Of a DNA stretch of 45,306 bases, positions 28,700-39,019 are shown piece by piece. The translations under genes were made by a program, and so were the position numbers. Under the pieces are notes generated by a model. It was not told the DNA's origin and did no database searches. It was given only the letters and a program-made list of their open reading frames with translations. The stretch lies in the NCBI GenBank assembly GCA_051439505.1, contig JBFRWI010000232.1, positions 1 to 45,306 of the forward strand. Direction: 5' to 3'. How positions within the stretch are numbered: position 1 is the first letter of the stretch; each line of letters opens with the position of its first letter. Source of the DNA: Hormoscilla sp. GTDB lineage: Bacteria > Cyanobacteriota > Cyanobacteriia > Cyanobacteriales > Desertifilaceae.

Positions 28700-28906
28700 C
28701 AATACTTCTCAGTTAAGCATATAGGTTGTCATTGCGAGGGGGGACGTAGCGATCAACTTATGCTTTTATGAGTTACCCCCCCCCCCCCGAAGCAATCCCC
28801 GCCCTAGTTATCGGGGAGATTGCTTCGGGGGAGAAGATCCCAACAGCGATTCCGACATGTCTGTTTGGGCCCCCTCGCAATGACAGTTTTTAACCGATAA
28901 GTATTG
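28700..28906. mobile_element. ~207-bp MITE with 17-bp TIRs and 10-bp target duplication
   Basis: CAATACTTCTCAGTTAA...TTAACCGATAAGTATTG; flanks CATTCGCTCC / CATTCACTCC; internal TGTCATTGCGAG...CTCGCAATGACA palindrome. Confidence 0.8.
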
Positions 28907-28919
28907 CATTCACTCCTAG

Positions 28920-31226
28920 TTACATCCACAAGGGTATTGGGTTCAGTTCTGCCTCCGTCAAAGGTTTATCGAGCCAACCCATTTCCACAGGAACATCATA
29001 CAGTCTTCCCGGACCCAATCGCTTCCAGAAATGTCGCAAACCCGGAACCATGACCTTAACCACATTTAACCCAATATCGGGGCGAGTTTGATCGAGAACC
29101 AGCATTTCCATGCCCTTTGCTTCCACAAGTTTCTGGCAATACTGAATATCTGCCAACAGGTCATCGTGCCAAACCATCCCATAGTCGCTATATTTTCTGG
29201 CAGTAACTTGGCCATCGGCGACCAAATAGGGCTGTTTTTCTAATGTTGCCGTTTGCCACCATTGCCAAACATGGGGTTCGACAGAGACATTATAGCGGGT
29301 ACTGCCATCGGAATTAGCATTCAAAACTGCTGGCAGCACTTGACCTACTTCTGTTAGGGCCCGTTGTAAAGCCAACTTCGGGTCAAAATGGGCCCCAAAC
29401 CCGAAAATTATATCTTCTATCGCGCGATCGCATCTTCTCGAAATTGCCCCAAAGATCGGAATCTGCAGATCGCTAGTGAGGTCCAAGACCCAGAGTTCCC
29501 GCCCCAGGGCATGATAGTATTCCACAACCGCTTGAAAATAGGGATCCTCAAAACTTTCTAAGGCGATCGCGGGACGTGAGATCCGATTGTACCACCACAA
29601 AGCCACTCCATCCCGTTCCACCAATTCCATAAAACCCTGTAAAATAGCTTCTTCAACAGTATTCCCCGCCGCACAACCGTTCGTATCGGCCCAACAAGCA
29701 GGTTTTTCCGGTTTAGGATAGCCGTAATAACAATAGGCAGTCGGTAAATATTTAAAATCTTGCTGAGTCAAAGACCACACAGGAGTCCAGTCCATTACCT
29801 CACTTTCATCAAAGGGTTCCGGGACACGCTGAAACCAATCTTGATTCCTGGCATTCCATTGAATGCGATCGCGGTATTGAGTCTGGCTAAAATTCATGCA
29901 ACTATTGGGATGAATAGCTTTCTCACCGAGGGATGCATAGCTATCAGTTATGCGAAGTTCATCTCCTTGAAATACCCCCGAATAGCGTTCGATCGCCTCA
30001 CCCAACCCGCTAGCTTTTGCTTGAGCATCCGTTCGTCCTTTCCCCCCACTTTTCCCACCAATATTCTTTTGCAAGTCCAGTAAGGAATCAAACATCGTCA
30101 AGTGATGGTGTTGGGCCCGATAAATATGGGTTAAACCGTTGCCTGCCGTTATTTTATCGAGGGATCGGACAACTCCGGTAATGGTATCGATCTGATGTCG
30201 ATACTTAGCCAAAGTTTCCTCGGGGGTAAAGCAACGATGCCCTCCATCCGACGTAAACTTCTTTTTCCGACTGCCGATCATAACTGGGATAGGTTTCTTT
30301 TGCGGTTTAAGGTATCCACAACTGGTACATTGAGGGCGTTTGACCACCGGGTGATTTTGAATAGCTATAACTCGGGTATCATAAGTAGCAATCACTCCTT
30401 CCAGCCGTTGATTTTCTCCCAGGATAATCCATTTAATAATCTCATTTGCCGCCATCAAGAGAGCCGTTTGTTGACTCATGGCCAGATTTACTAATGGAGG
30501 GGTTAAAGGGGAAGAGTCAGTTCTGTGTCGCTCAATAAATGCTTCTGAGGGTCTGTTATTGCGCCATCTTTGAGCCAGACATGCCCAACAAGCAGTTTTC
30601 CCCGGAACAAATATCGGCCCGAACCAAAGCACCGTACCCACTGGTTTGACCAACATCCAGGAGCGCGATTTTTCCAAACATTGTTTATTAAAGGCATCCA
30701 GACCTTCTTGGAGATAGCTATCTGTCAGGACTACAGCGATATCTGCCCCATCGAGATCTGCTATTTGCACCTGATGGTCTTCCAGGATAGCAATCAATTC
30801 CGAGGCAGCAACATCTCCAAAAGTTTTTACAGCCACTTTGGTATTTTGCAATCCCTGGCTGGCTGTTTTCATGTCAATATTTAATGTTTCACATAAGCTG
30901 TTTAATTGACTAACTATTTCTTCTGGGGTGCTTTCAACTATATAGCCTAACCTCTCCATCTCGAACAGAGCGAATTGAACTTTTGCTCCGATCTCCATTG
31001 CCACGCCCAAGGGATTTTTTTGAGTCCCGTCAACCTGGGGCCATCTTAAAATAGTTTCCTCTATTATTGCTTCCGTTGTGCGATCGCCATCTATCAAAGG
31101 AATTGATAGCTGATAGAGGGGGTCTGGGCTCAACAAAAAAGAAGCTCTTTCCGAGACAATAAATACCCCTTCCCCATCTACAACTTCTGCCCGATAACAT
31201 TTTTTCCACCTTGGTCTGTTTAACAT
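28920..31226 (-). CDS. Fused TOMM cyclodehydratase (leader-binding/E1-like domain + YcaO; PatD/TruD-like architecture)
   Basis: GPIFVPGKTACWACL and RPQCTSCG; DGGHR; GKG...AKASGLGEAIERYS; TNGCAAGNTVEEAILQGFMELVERD; C-terminus GRLYDVPV...ELNPIPLWM. Confidence 0.95.
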   Translation of the reverse strand: MLNRPRWKKCYRAEVVDGEGVFIVSERASFLLSPDPLYQLSIPLIDGDRTTEAIIEETILRWPQVDGTQKNPLGVAMEIGAKVQFALFEMERLGYIVESTPEEIVSQLNSLCETLNIDMKTASQGLQNTKVAVKTFGDVAASELIAILEDHQVQIADLDGADIAVVLTDSYLQEGLDAFNKQCLEKSRSWMLVKPVGTVLWFGPIFVPGKTACWACLAQRWRNNRPSEAFIERHRTDSSPLTPPLVNLAMSQQTALLMAANEIIKWIILGENQRLEGVIATYDTRVIAIQNHPVVKRPQCTSCGYLKPQKKPIPVMIGSRKKKFTSDGGHRCFTPEETLAKYRHQIDTITGVVRSLDKITAGNGLTHIYRAQHHHLTMFDSLLDLQKNIGGKSGGKGRTDAQAKASGLGEAIERYSGVFQGDELRITDSYASLGEKAIHPNSCMNFSQTQYRDRIQWNARNQDWFQRVPEPFDESEVMDWTPVWSLTQQDFKYLPTAYCYYGYPKPEKPACWADTNGCAAGNTVEEAILQGFMELVERDGVALWWYNRISRPAIALESFEDPYFQAVVEYYHALGRELWVLDLTSDLQIPIFGAISRRCDRAIEDIIFGFGAHFDPKLALQRALTEVGQVLPAVLNANSDGSTRYNVSVEPHVWQWWQTATLEKQPYLVADGQVTARKYSDYGMVWHDDLLADIQYCQKLVEAKGMEMLVLDQTRPDIGLNVVKVMVPGLRHFWKRLGPGRLYDVPVEMGWLDKPLTEAELNPIPLWM

Positions 31227-31472
31227 TTGTTCTCTATTCTTCTTTCCTCTATATAGTAGGGTGGGCACCGCCCACCATTTCCTGTTGGCAACAACAACCA
31301 ATTTCCCCTGACCACACCCCTGCGCTTTTACTCTCGTTCCTAGAGCGTCGGTCGATTAATCTTCCTTGACAAATTTCACCATCTGTGCATAGCCTCCTTA
31401 ATTACATATTCTGGTCGATAAATCTCCCTACTCCCTGCTCCCCTCTCCCTACTCCCTTTCTTCAACCTGGGG

Positions 31473-32342
31473 TCATCCATTTTCCAATTCCTTTAACAGA
31501 GCTTCAATTTTAGCCAGATGCACCCGCACCTTCTCCCATCGCTGGGGGTCTTGCTTCCAAAGTTTCGCCTTGTTCAATCTGCTACTAATGTCCTTAATTT
31601 GCACCTCTGGGGAACTCTTGGCCCGATCGGGTTGAAATTCGGCAATCTTTTCTTTGATTGCCGCCAAGGAAAGCTTCTTCTCCAGGGCTTCTTGGAGCAA
31701 TTCCTTTCTCGCCTCTTCATCTTTCACCGCCGCGATCGCCTTCGCCTTAGTATAGGCGATCTTCCCCTGACGCAACACTTCCAACATTTCTGGAGGCAAC
31801 TTCAGCAGGGGGAGGCGGTTGTTCACAAAAGACTCCCAACTCATGCCTCCTAGCTCCTCAAACACCTTCGTTACCGTCTCCATCTCTCCCTCATCAACCT
31901 TGTCCTTCACTTTCCCCTTCAACTGATTTTGCATCTGATGGAGTAGGGCCCCCACAGAATCAACTGCCAACTCCAGTCTAACGGACAGCAAAGTTAAAAT
32001 CCCTTCCGTTTCCTCTACAGGGTTCAGATCCTCTCGTTGCAGATTTTCAATCATAGAAATTTGCAACGCTTCCGAGTCCGTCAACTGCTTGATCGTTGCG
32101 GGCACTTCACTCAATCCCAATTCCCGCGCCGCACGATAGCGGCGTTCCCCCACCACCAGTTCGTACTTATACTCCCCCAGGTCACGAACTAAAAGGGGTT
32201 CAAGAATGCCATGATGCCTCACCGACTCAGTAAGCTGTGCCATCTTATCCGGGTCAAAGTATCGTCTCGGTTGCTGCGATGGAAGTTGAATCGACTCGAT
32301 CGATATGAGCATCGCTGCTGATTTCTTTTCTCCATTGCTCAT
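31473..32342 (-). CDS. ParB/RepB/Spo0J-family protein
   Basis: QPRRYFD, GILEPLLVR, GERRYRAA, ENLQREDLNPVEE; GGAG RBS before MSNGEKK. Confidence 0.92.
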   Translation of the reverse strand: MSNGEKKSAAMLISIESIQLPSQQPRRYFDPDKMAQLTESVRHHGILEPLLVRDLGEYKYELVVGERRYRAARELGLSEVPATIKQLTDSEALQISMIENLQREDLNPVEETEGILTLLSVRLELAVDSVGALLHQMQNQLKGKVKDKVDEGEMETVTKVFEELGGMSWESFVNNRLPLLKLPPEMLEVLRQGKIAYTKAKAIAAVKDEEARKELLQEALEKKLSLAAIKEKIAEFQPDRAKSSPEVQIKDISSRLNKAKLWKQDPQRWEKVRVHLAKIEALLKELENG

Positions 32343-32638
32343 CTGTCTGTCTCCCGAATTTGTTTTACCTATAACATCCATACATTTTATCACATCAGGC
32401 TTCCAGTTACCCATAACGTTATTGGTAACTACCCTCACAAGGCTTTTCCGTTTCGGATCATATGTAGCATTTCTTTATACATATCGGTTCGATTACCATA
32501 TAGAGTTGAGCCCACCTCCACAGATCGTACTACTAATGTAGCATCAATGGCTCGATAATTGCTGCCCGATCTCCGTAATTACACTAACCCAATATAAACA
32601 TTAAGGTATAAATTATATTCAGGAGAAGAGCCTTTCAG

Positions 32639-32753
32639 TTGACAATTGACAATATCAATTATCAATTATCAATTATTCAGTCATATAATTAACAATTGAC
32701 AATTGACAATTGACAATTCCCCAATTATCAATTATCAATTATCAATTATCAAT
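32639..32753. repeat. STRR heptamer arrays (TTATCAA / TTGACAA)
   Basis: Multiple tandem 7-mers downstream of ribE. Confidence 0.9.
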
Positions 32754-33406
32754 TAAAGATATCCATGTTCCGCCAGAAAACTGGGAGTAATCTCAGCGGT
32801 AGAAGGTAACTGACCAGACCGGAGGAATTTTTCCACATATTTACCCAAGATATCCCCTTCCAGATTCACCCAACTGCCGATACCCAGGTCTTGCAGATTA
32901 GTTTCGGCAAAAGTATGGGGAATGACCGCAATTTTGAACCAAGTACCAGTGGAATTACAGTCAGCCACCGTCAGACTAACGCCATTGATAGCGATACTGC
33001 CCTTGGAGACAATGTAGGGAGACACCTGCCCTTCCGTGGTGGTAAAACTCATCTCCCAGGAAGTAGCAGTGGATACCGACTCCTGCAAGCAACCGGTGCC
33101 ATCCACATGACCGGTGACAAAATGTCCCCCCAACTTACTACCCACTCGCAGAGAAGTTTCCAGATTGACGCTACCCTGCCCAAGCAGCTGGCGTCCCAAA
33201 GTAGTACGGCGGAGGGTTTCGGGGGAGACAGCAACCACGAAGCCCCCAGGCAGGAGCTTTTCCACCGTCAGGCAGACGCCATCTACTGCTACACTGTCTC
33301 CGAGGGCCAAGTCATGCAAAATCGAGTCCGAGTCGCACTCGATCTGTAGCTGGTTTTCCCCGAAAGGTTTGAGAGTGCCTATTGCTTGAACTAATCCAGT
33401 AAACAC
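32753..33406 (-). CDS. ribE: Riboflavin synthase (alpha chain)
   Basis: GTG start giving MFTGLV; GDSVAVDGVCLTV, GGHFVTGHVDG, KGSIAINGVSLTV, IPHT, VNLEGD. Confidence 0.95.
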   Translation of the reverse strand: MFTGLVQAIGTLKPFGENQLQIECDSDSILHDLALGDSVAVDGVCLTVEKLLPGGFVVAVSPETLRRTTLGRQLLGQGSVNLETSLRVGSKLGGHFVTGHVDGTGCLQESVSTATSWEMSFTTTEGQVSPYIVSKGSIAINGVSLTVADCNSTGTWFKIAVIPHTFAETNLQDLGIGSWVNLEGDILGKYVEKFLRSGQLPSTAEITPSFLAEHGYL

Positions 33407-33674
33407 GATCGATAATTTTTTAACAGAGATTTGAGATTTCCCCCTGGGGAATAGGGTTACACTACAAAATACACCATGAGGGCAACAAGAAATGATGGTT
33501 GTGTTAGAACCAAGGTGAGGGCCGGTCACCACTGGACTCACGAGATGGGATGAACCGATAGAAGTATGACAAATATGAAAATTCCTTGGCTGTACCCACG
33601 ACCCAAGGGAGGCGATCGCCCCCGAGACAGCTGGTGCGGAGCAAAGGCGGTCGGTAATACCCACAGTAGCAACC

Positions 33675-33824
33675 GGGTGCGGTCAAAAGTAGTTGCGGCG
33701 GATCCCCCCCAAACCCCCCCTTCCGAAAGGGGGGGCTTCCGGAAGCCCCCCTTTTTAAGGGGGGTTTGGGGGGATCCCACGACTGGGAAGCCCCACGAAC
33801 GATCAACTGGTTTTGACCACACCC
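33675..33824. mobile_element. ~150-bp MITE, copy 2
   Basis: Near-identical to 17880-18030; flanks GTAGCAACC / GTCGCAAGC (7/9 match). Confidence 0.85.
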
Positions 33825-33963
33825 GTCGCAAGCCGATCGGGTACATTAGCGTAGTAAGTGGAGGCGGAATAGCCGGTTTCCACGTCAGTTGCTGAAAACG
33901 GTTCTAATATTTACCCCGAACCTAGGGGGAAAGTGAAAAACGGAGGATCTAGAGGATCAGCCC

Positions 33964-34458
33964 ATGATTGAGATGAAAGTCGCCGGAATAGCATTGGATG
34001 CGGGCACGCGCAGCCCGATCGTCCTTTTAAAGGATACTACGGAACGCAGGGCCTTGCCAATATATATAGGTCAAGACCAGGCGAGGGCAATAATAAGTGC
34101 GCTGGAAAGGCAAAATCCCCCGCGACCATTGACTCACGACCTGATGATCAATATAATGTCAGCCTGGGACATGACCCTCGAACGGGTGATCGTTCACTCT
34201 CTCCAGGACAACACTTTCTATGCGGTGCTGACAGTGCGGGAGGGTGAAGAGAAAAAAGATATCGATGCCCGTCCTAGTGACGCGATCGCCCTAGCGATCC
34301 GCACGGGAACCCCCATCTGGGTAATGGAAGAAGTGGTGGCAGATGCCTCAATACCGGTCGATCAAGAAGCAGACGAAGCGGAACGCAAAGCATTCCGGGA
34401 TTTTGTCTCCAACCTCCGACCAGAAGATTTTATCGAGAGAGGAGGCAAGAGCAAGTAA
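33964..34458 (+). CDS. Bifunctional nuclease (DUF151) family protein
   Basis: LPIYIG, RPLTHDL, TFYA, DARPSDAIALA. Confidence 0.95.
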   Translation: MIEMKVAGIALDAGTRSPIVLLKDTTERRALPIYIGQDQARAIISALERQNPPRPLTHDLMINIMSAWDMTLERVIVHSLQDNTFYAVLTVREGEEKKDIDARPSDAIALAIRTGTPIWVMEEVVADASIPVDQEADEAERKAFRDFVSNLRPEDFIERGGKSK

Positions 34459-34507
34459 TTGGAAATGGTCAATTGCGAATTGAGAATGTCAATAAAAAAA
34501 TAATCAA

Positions 34508-34692
34508 CAATTCTCAATTCTCAATTCTCAATTTACAATTGTTCAAAGTCAATAGTTGGCGATCGATAACTATTGACTAAATATAGTAGTTCTCATCCTT
34601 TGTGTGATATGCGATTCGTGAGATTGCTTCGGGGGGGGGGTTAATGCATAAAGCATAAGTTGATCGCGGTTATCCCCCCCTCGCAATGACAA
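34508..34692. repeat. TTCTCAA heptamers followed by a half copy of the GTCATTGCGAG palindromic element
   Basis: 34622-34691 closely matches the reverse complement of 28727-28797. Confidence 0.8.
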
Positions 34693-34748
34693 ATAGGCGA
34701 TTCTATTATATACCACATCAATTTGAGAAACGCAATAATTTTCAGGTT

Positions 34749-35879
34749 ATGGAATATCGACGTTTTGGGAAAACCAACTTGCATCTGTCAGTGTTTTCCC
34801 TGGGAACGATGCGTGCGATCGCATCAAGGGAAAAGCTGAGAGAGACAGTAGAAGGGGCTGTAAGTTTAGGGATAAATCATCTAGAAACAGCGAGAGGATA
34901 CGGGAAAAGCGAGCAATATCTGGGTGCTGTCTTGGGTAATATGAAACCGCAACAGCAACTATACATCACGACTAAGGTACCGCCAACTGCATCAGCGGAA
35001 ACAATGGGGCGATGGATAGATGAATCACTGGAACGGTTGCAGGTAAAATATATCGATTGTCTGGCGATACATGGCTTAAATACTTGGGAACATTTTAGCT
35101 GGATATCGGAGCCCACTGGCTGTATGCTGGCGGTAGAAAGGGCGATCGCATCGGGAAAGGTAGGACATGTAGGCTTTTCGACTCACGCCCCCCTTGAAGT
35201 GATCATGGCAGCAATTAATACAGAATTATTTGCCTTTGTCAATCTGCATTATTACTTATTTTTTCAGCGAAATGCTCCCGCAGTGAAATTAGCCCGGGAA
35301 AAGGACATGGGGATCTTCATTATTTCCCCAGCAGATAAAGGTGGTATGCTCTATAATCCCCCCCCGAGGTTACAACAGCTATGCGATCCCTTTTCCCCCC
35401 TAGAATTGAATTACCGCTTTTTGTTGGGCGATCGGGGGATAACTACCCTCAGCGTCGGTCCCGCCAACCCAGAGGAACTCGCGGCACCTCTACAAGTGGG
35501 CGATCGGGTTGAAGAGTTAACAACAGCAGAAATAGCAGTATTAGAGGGTTTAGAAAAGCAGCTAGAACGCGCATTAAACACAACTAAGTGCAGTCAATGC
35601 TATGCTTGTTTACCCTGTCCGGAAAAAATCAACATCCCCGAGGTATTGCGGCTGCGGAATTTAGCAGTTGCCTACGACATGAACGAGTATGGAAAATATC
35701 GATATGGAATGTTTGAAAATGCCGGACATTGGTTTCCCGGGAGGAAAGGGAACCGATGTACGAATTGCGGGGACTGTCTACCCCGATGTCCGGAACAGCT
35801 AGATATCCCGACCCTGCTGTTAGAAACCCATCAGCGTCTGAAGGGAAATGCTGGGCGTCGCTTGTGGGAAGAAGATTGA
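34749..35879 (+). CDS. Aldo/keto reductase with C-terminal 4Fe-4S dicluster domain
   Basis: MEYRRFGKT, LGTMR, ETARGYG, GFSTH; CSQCYACLPCP and CTNCGDCLPRCP. Confidence 0.93.
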   Translation: MEYRRFGKTNLHLSVFSLGTMRAIASREKLRETVEGAVSLGINHLETARGYGKSEQYLGAVLGNMKPQQQLYITTKVPPTASAETMGRWIDESLERLQVKYIDCLAIHGLNTWEHFSWISEPTGCMLAVERAIASGKVGHVGFSTHAPLEVIMAAINTELFAFVNLHYYLFFQRNAPAVKLAREKDMGIFIISPADKGGMLYNPPPRLQQLCDPFSPLELNYRFLLGDRGITTLSVGPANPEELAAPLQVGDRVEELTTAEIAVLEGLEKQLERALNTTKCSQCYACLPCPEKINIPEVLRLRNLAVAYDMNEYGKYRYGMFENAGHWFPGRKGNRCTNCGDCLPRCPEQLDIPTLLLETHQRLKGNAGRRLWEED

Positions 35880-36132
35880 GAATTGAGAATTGAGAATTGA
35901 GAATTGAAAATTGAGAATGTCAGCATATCTGCTATGGGCGCGTCCAATAGAAAACTGTACTAATTGGGGAAATTGTCATTGCGAGGGGGGAGTCCCTGAC
36001 GGCTATTGTCGGGAACAGCACCGGGAAGCCCCCCGAAGCAATCTCCATCCATGGGCTGGGTAGGAGATTGCTTCGGGGGGAGTTATTGGTACTGCACAAA
36101 GAGATCTAAATCATTCCCCCCTCGCAATGACA
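35876..36132. repeat. TTGAGAA STRR array followed by TGTCATTGCGAG...CTCGCAATGACA palindromic element
   Basis: Heptamers at 35876-35918; element at ~35974-36132 with inner GAAGCAATC/GATTGCTTC stem. Confidence 0.85.
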
Positions 36133-36173
36133 TCGAGGGATCGGGTAAGATAAGAGTTAGAGAAAGGGAGGAT

Positions 36174-37172
36174 ATGGAAATGAATAACAAAAGGCTAGTG
36201 CTGATTTCTGCTATAGGATTGTTGCTGCTGCCGGGGTGTAACGCCCCTAGGGAACTATCTGCGCCGAAGGTGACTGATCGACAGCTTAAGCCTCAGCTAA
36301 CAGAAGGGCAAATGCGTCAATTGATAGAGTCGATCGCAGTGAGAGTGATGGCGGGGGAGTATGGAGGTGGTTCGGGGGTGCTGATTAGAAAAGATGGGCA
36401 AGTTTATACCGTGCTCACTAACGAGCATGTAGTTAAACCTAGCAAACCACATCGCATCCGGACTCCTGATGGTAAGGAGTATCCTGCTGAGATTATCAAG
36501 GTGAGGGAACATGGCTACGATATGGCGATTTTACAGTTCGCGGCTGATGCTGACTATGAAGTGGTAACTTTAGCAAGTTCTCCAGGGAAAGTTCCTCAGC
36601 CAGTGTTTGCCGCTGGGTTCCCTTATGATTCCCGGGACTTGCTGATTACCAAGGGAGAATTTTCTATGTTTCCTTCTCAGGCAATGCTGGATGGCTATCA
36701 AATCGGCTACACGAATAACGTTCGACAGGGAATGAGTGGGGGTCCAGTGCTGAATGCAGAGGGTAAGCTGATTGGAATTAATGGAATGAGTGCTTATCCG
36801 ATTTTGCAGGATGCCTATGAATTTGCAGATGGTTCGTACCCTAGCGACGAGCTGCGAAAGGAAATGAACCGCTTGAGTTGGGGGGTGCCGATACAGAGGT
36901 TAGCTGAGGTCGATCCTAGCTTGGAAGAGCTATTACGTCCATCTCCTGTTACATCTCGTCTTCCTGGGAAGCCAGGCGATCGCCCCACAATGAGGGTCTC
37001 CGGCGTTAGAGGAGAAAGGGCGACGCGGGAGGCGATCGCCCCTTCCCAAAAAGGAATGCGATCGCCTCATATAATCTCAGTCGGGATGGCAGGCGATCGC
37101 GTCGTTGTGCAAAGCCCAGATCTTAAAAGAATGCTGGTTGGTGGCGAATCAAATTCAGAAACTCTTCCTTAG
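36174..37172 (+). CDS. Trypsin-like serine protease, probable lipoprotein
   Basis: LLLLPGC signal; [31 protein letters not shown]. Confidence 0.88.
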   Translation: MEMNNKRLVLISAIGLLLLPGCNAPRELSAPKVTDRQLKPQLTEGQMRQLIESIAVRVMAGEYGGGSGVLIRKDGQVYTVLTNEHVVKPSKPHRIRTPDGKEYPAEIIKVREHGYDMAILQFAADADYEVVTLASSPGKVPQPVFAAGFPYDSRDLLITKGEFSMFPSQAMLDGYQIGYTNNVRQGMSGGPVLNAEGKLIGINGMSAYPILQDAYEFADGSYPSDELRKEMNRLSWGVPIQRLAEVDPSLEELLRPSPVTSRLPGKPGDRPTMRVSGVRGERATREAIAPSQKGMRSPHIISVGMAGDRVVVQSPDLKRMLVGGESNSETLP

Positions 37173-37824
37173 TTTTCCGATCTTCTTCAAACACTCCCAA
37201 CATCGCACTGGTAACAGTCCAAGAACCAGGCTTCTGCACTCCTCGCATCACCATAGACATATGGGTCGCTTCTACCACTATGGCTACCCCTTGAGGATCT
37301 AAAATCTCCTGAATTGCTTCTGCTATCTGCCGCGTCAGTCGTTCTTGCACTTGCAAGCGTCGGGAATACATTTCGACAATGCGGGCAAGTTTACTCAATC
37401 CTACAACTTTCTGCTTGGGAATATATGCGACGTGGGCTTGGCCCATGAATGGTAGCATATGATGTTCGCAGAGACTAAACAAATTGATATCCCGCACTAA
37501 TACCATCTCGTTGTGGCCTTCATCAAAGACGGCTCCGTTGACGATTTCTTCCAGGGACTGATTGTAGCCATTGGTGAGAAATCGCATTGCTTCTGCCACC
37601 CGTTTGGGCGTTTTCAGCAATCCTTCCCGGTTTGGATCTTCTCCCACCCCCAGCAGCATTGTCTTTACTGCTGCCATCATCTGATCGTCATCGATTTCTT
37701 CATAGGGGGGCGTGGGAGAAGATCCATTTGAAGTATTGCGATCGGGACGAGTCAGGAGTTTTTTTGCATTTTGATTGTTAGTCATGTCTGGGAGTTGGGA
37801 ACCTTTAAAGGAAGCTATAGTCAT
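37123..37824 (-). CDS. folE: GTP cyclohydrolase I
   Basis: [41 protein letters not shown] instead of HMCM. Confidence 0.95.
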   Translation of the reverse strand: MTIASFKGSQLPDMTNNQNAKKLLTRPDRNTSNGSSPTPPYEEIDDDQMMAAVKTMLLGVGEDPNREGLLKTPKRVAEAMRFLTNGYNQSLEEIVNGAVFDEGHNEMVLVRDINLFSLCEHHMLPFMGQAHVAYIPKQKVVGLSKLARIVEMYSRRLQVQERLTRQIAEAIQEILDPQGVAIVVEATHMSMVMRGVQKPGSWTVTSAMLGVFEEDRKTKEEFLNLIRHQPAFF

Positions 37825-38002
37825 AAACTCAAAACTAAATTATCTACGCAGCATTTTTGGCAAATCACTGGGTACGCAGCACTCCAACTGCTAGCAGCCC
37901 AATACTGCTGTAGATAAGAGCAATGTAAACAATTGTTACTATTTTTAGTATATACCACTCACGCAATCTTTTTCTATCTGGGAGACATCACTTATCACCT
38001 CT

Positions 38003-38995
38003 CTAGGCAGATGCTTCCAGAAATACCCCGATGCTACGAAACTTCTGATAGCGGCGCGATCGCCTTTCTTCGCCAGTCATAACCCAGAGTTCCTCTAAAT
38101 TTTCCCACAAAGCCTGCTTGAGAATCCCACTAGCTTTCAAAGGGTCTGAATGAGCACCCCCTAGGGGTTCTGCCAATATTTGATCTAGGATCCCCAATTG
38201 TTTTAGATCCCTAGCTGTGATTTTCAGGGCTTCCGCCGCTTGGCCAGATTTGCCAGCGTCTTTCCAAAGAATGGCCGCACAAGCTTCTGGACTGGCCACC
38301 GTATACACCGCATGTTCAAACATCAATAGCCGATCGCCCACGCCAATTCCCAAGGCACCACCGGATCCTCCTTCCCCAATCACCGTGCAGACGATCGGCA
38401 CCTCCAGACGAAACATTTCTCGGAGATTATAGGCGATCGCCTCACCCTGGCCCAACTCTTCTGCCTGCACTCCCGCCCAGGCACCGGGAGTATCAATAAA
38501 GGTCAAAATCGGCATGCCAAAGCGGTTTGCATGTTCCATCAACCGCATCGCCTTCCGGTATCCTCCTGGAGAGGCCATGCCAAAGTTGCGGGCCACATTA
38601 TCTTTAGTATCCCGACCTTTTTGATGACCTAACATCACCACCGGACGTCCATTCATCCGCCCGACCCCACCCACCAAAGCCCGATCGTCATACCCTCCCC
38701 GATCGCCATGCAATTCTATCCATTCATCACTGATTGCCTGAATATAATCCAGGGTACTCGGACGGCGGGGATGACGGGCCAATTGCAAACGCTGGGCCGG
38801 TGACAAATTGCTAAATATTTCCGTGCGTAGCTGTACGGCCCTGGCTTCCAACTGGCGGATTTGAGCGAAGAGATCTTCATCGACATCTACATCATTTTCC
38901 GAAACCATCGACCTTATTTGGTCAATTTTGGCCTCCAACTCCACCAGAGGCTTTTCAAAATCTAGGAGTAACGGTTTGCGATCTGTATTTGCCAC
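38003..38995 (-). CDS. accA: Acetyl-CoA carboxylase carboxyltransferase alpha subunit
   Basis: [44 protein letters not shown]. Confidence 0.98.
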   Translation of the reverse strand: MANTDRKPLLLDFEKPLVELEAKIDQIRSMVSENDVDVDEDLFAQIRQLEARAVQLRTEIFSNLSPAQRLQLARHPRRPSTLDYIQAISDEWIELHGDRGGYDDRALVGGVGRMNGRPVVMLGHQKGRDTKDNVARNFGMASPGGYRKAMRLMEHANRFGMPILTFIDTPGAWAGVQAEELGQGEAIAYNLREMFRLEVPIVCTVIGEGGSGGALGIGVGDRLLMFEHAVYTVASPEACAAILWKDAGKSGQAAEALKITARDLKQLGILDQILAEPLGGAHSDPLKASGILKQALWENLEELWVMTGEERRSRRYQKFRSIGVFLEASA

Positions 38996-39019
38996 GTCAG
39001 CTATTTTGATAATTTATTC

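Noticed and set aside
28920..31226. Cyanobactin cluster
   Set aside because: No PatA/PatG proteases and no PatE-like precursor with LAELSEE leader or repeated cassettes.
32343..32640. parS site or parA remnant next to ParB
   Set aside because: No TGTTTCACGTGAAACA-like palindrome or Walker A ORF was recognisable by eye.
33407..33664. N-terminal extension of riboflavin synthase in the ORF track
   Set aside because: The family starts at MFTG (GTG at 33406). Similar spurious extensions were trimmed for YcaO, ParB, aar, the AKR, the protease and the PDO.
37920..37945. NtcA-like site upstream of folE
   Set aside because: Spacing is GTA-N9-TAC rather than GTA-N8-TAC; only a short AACAATTGTT palindrome.
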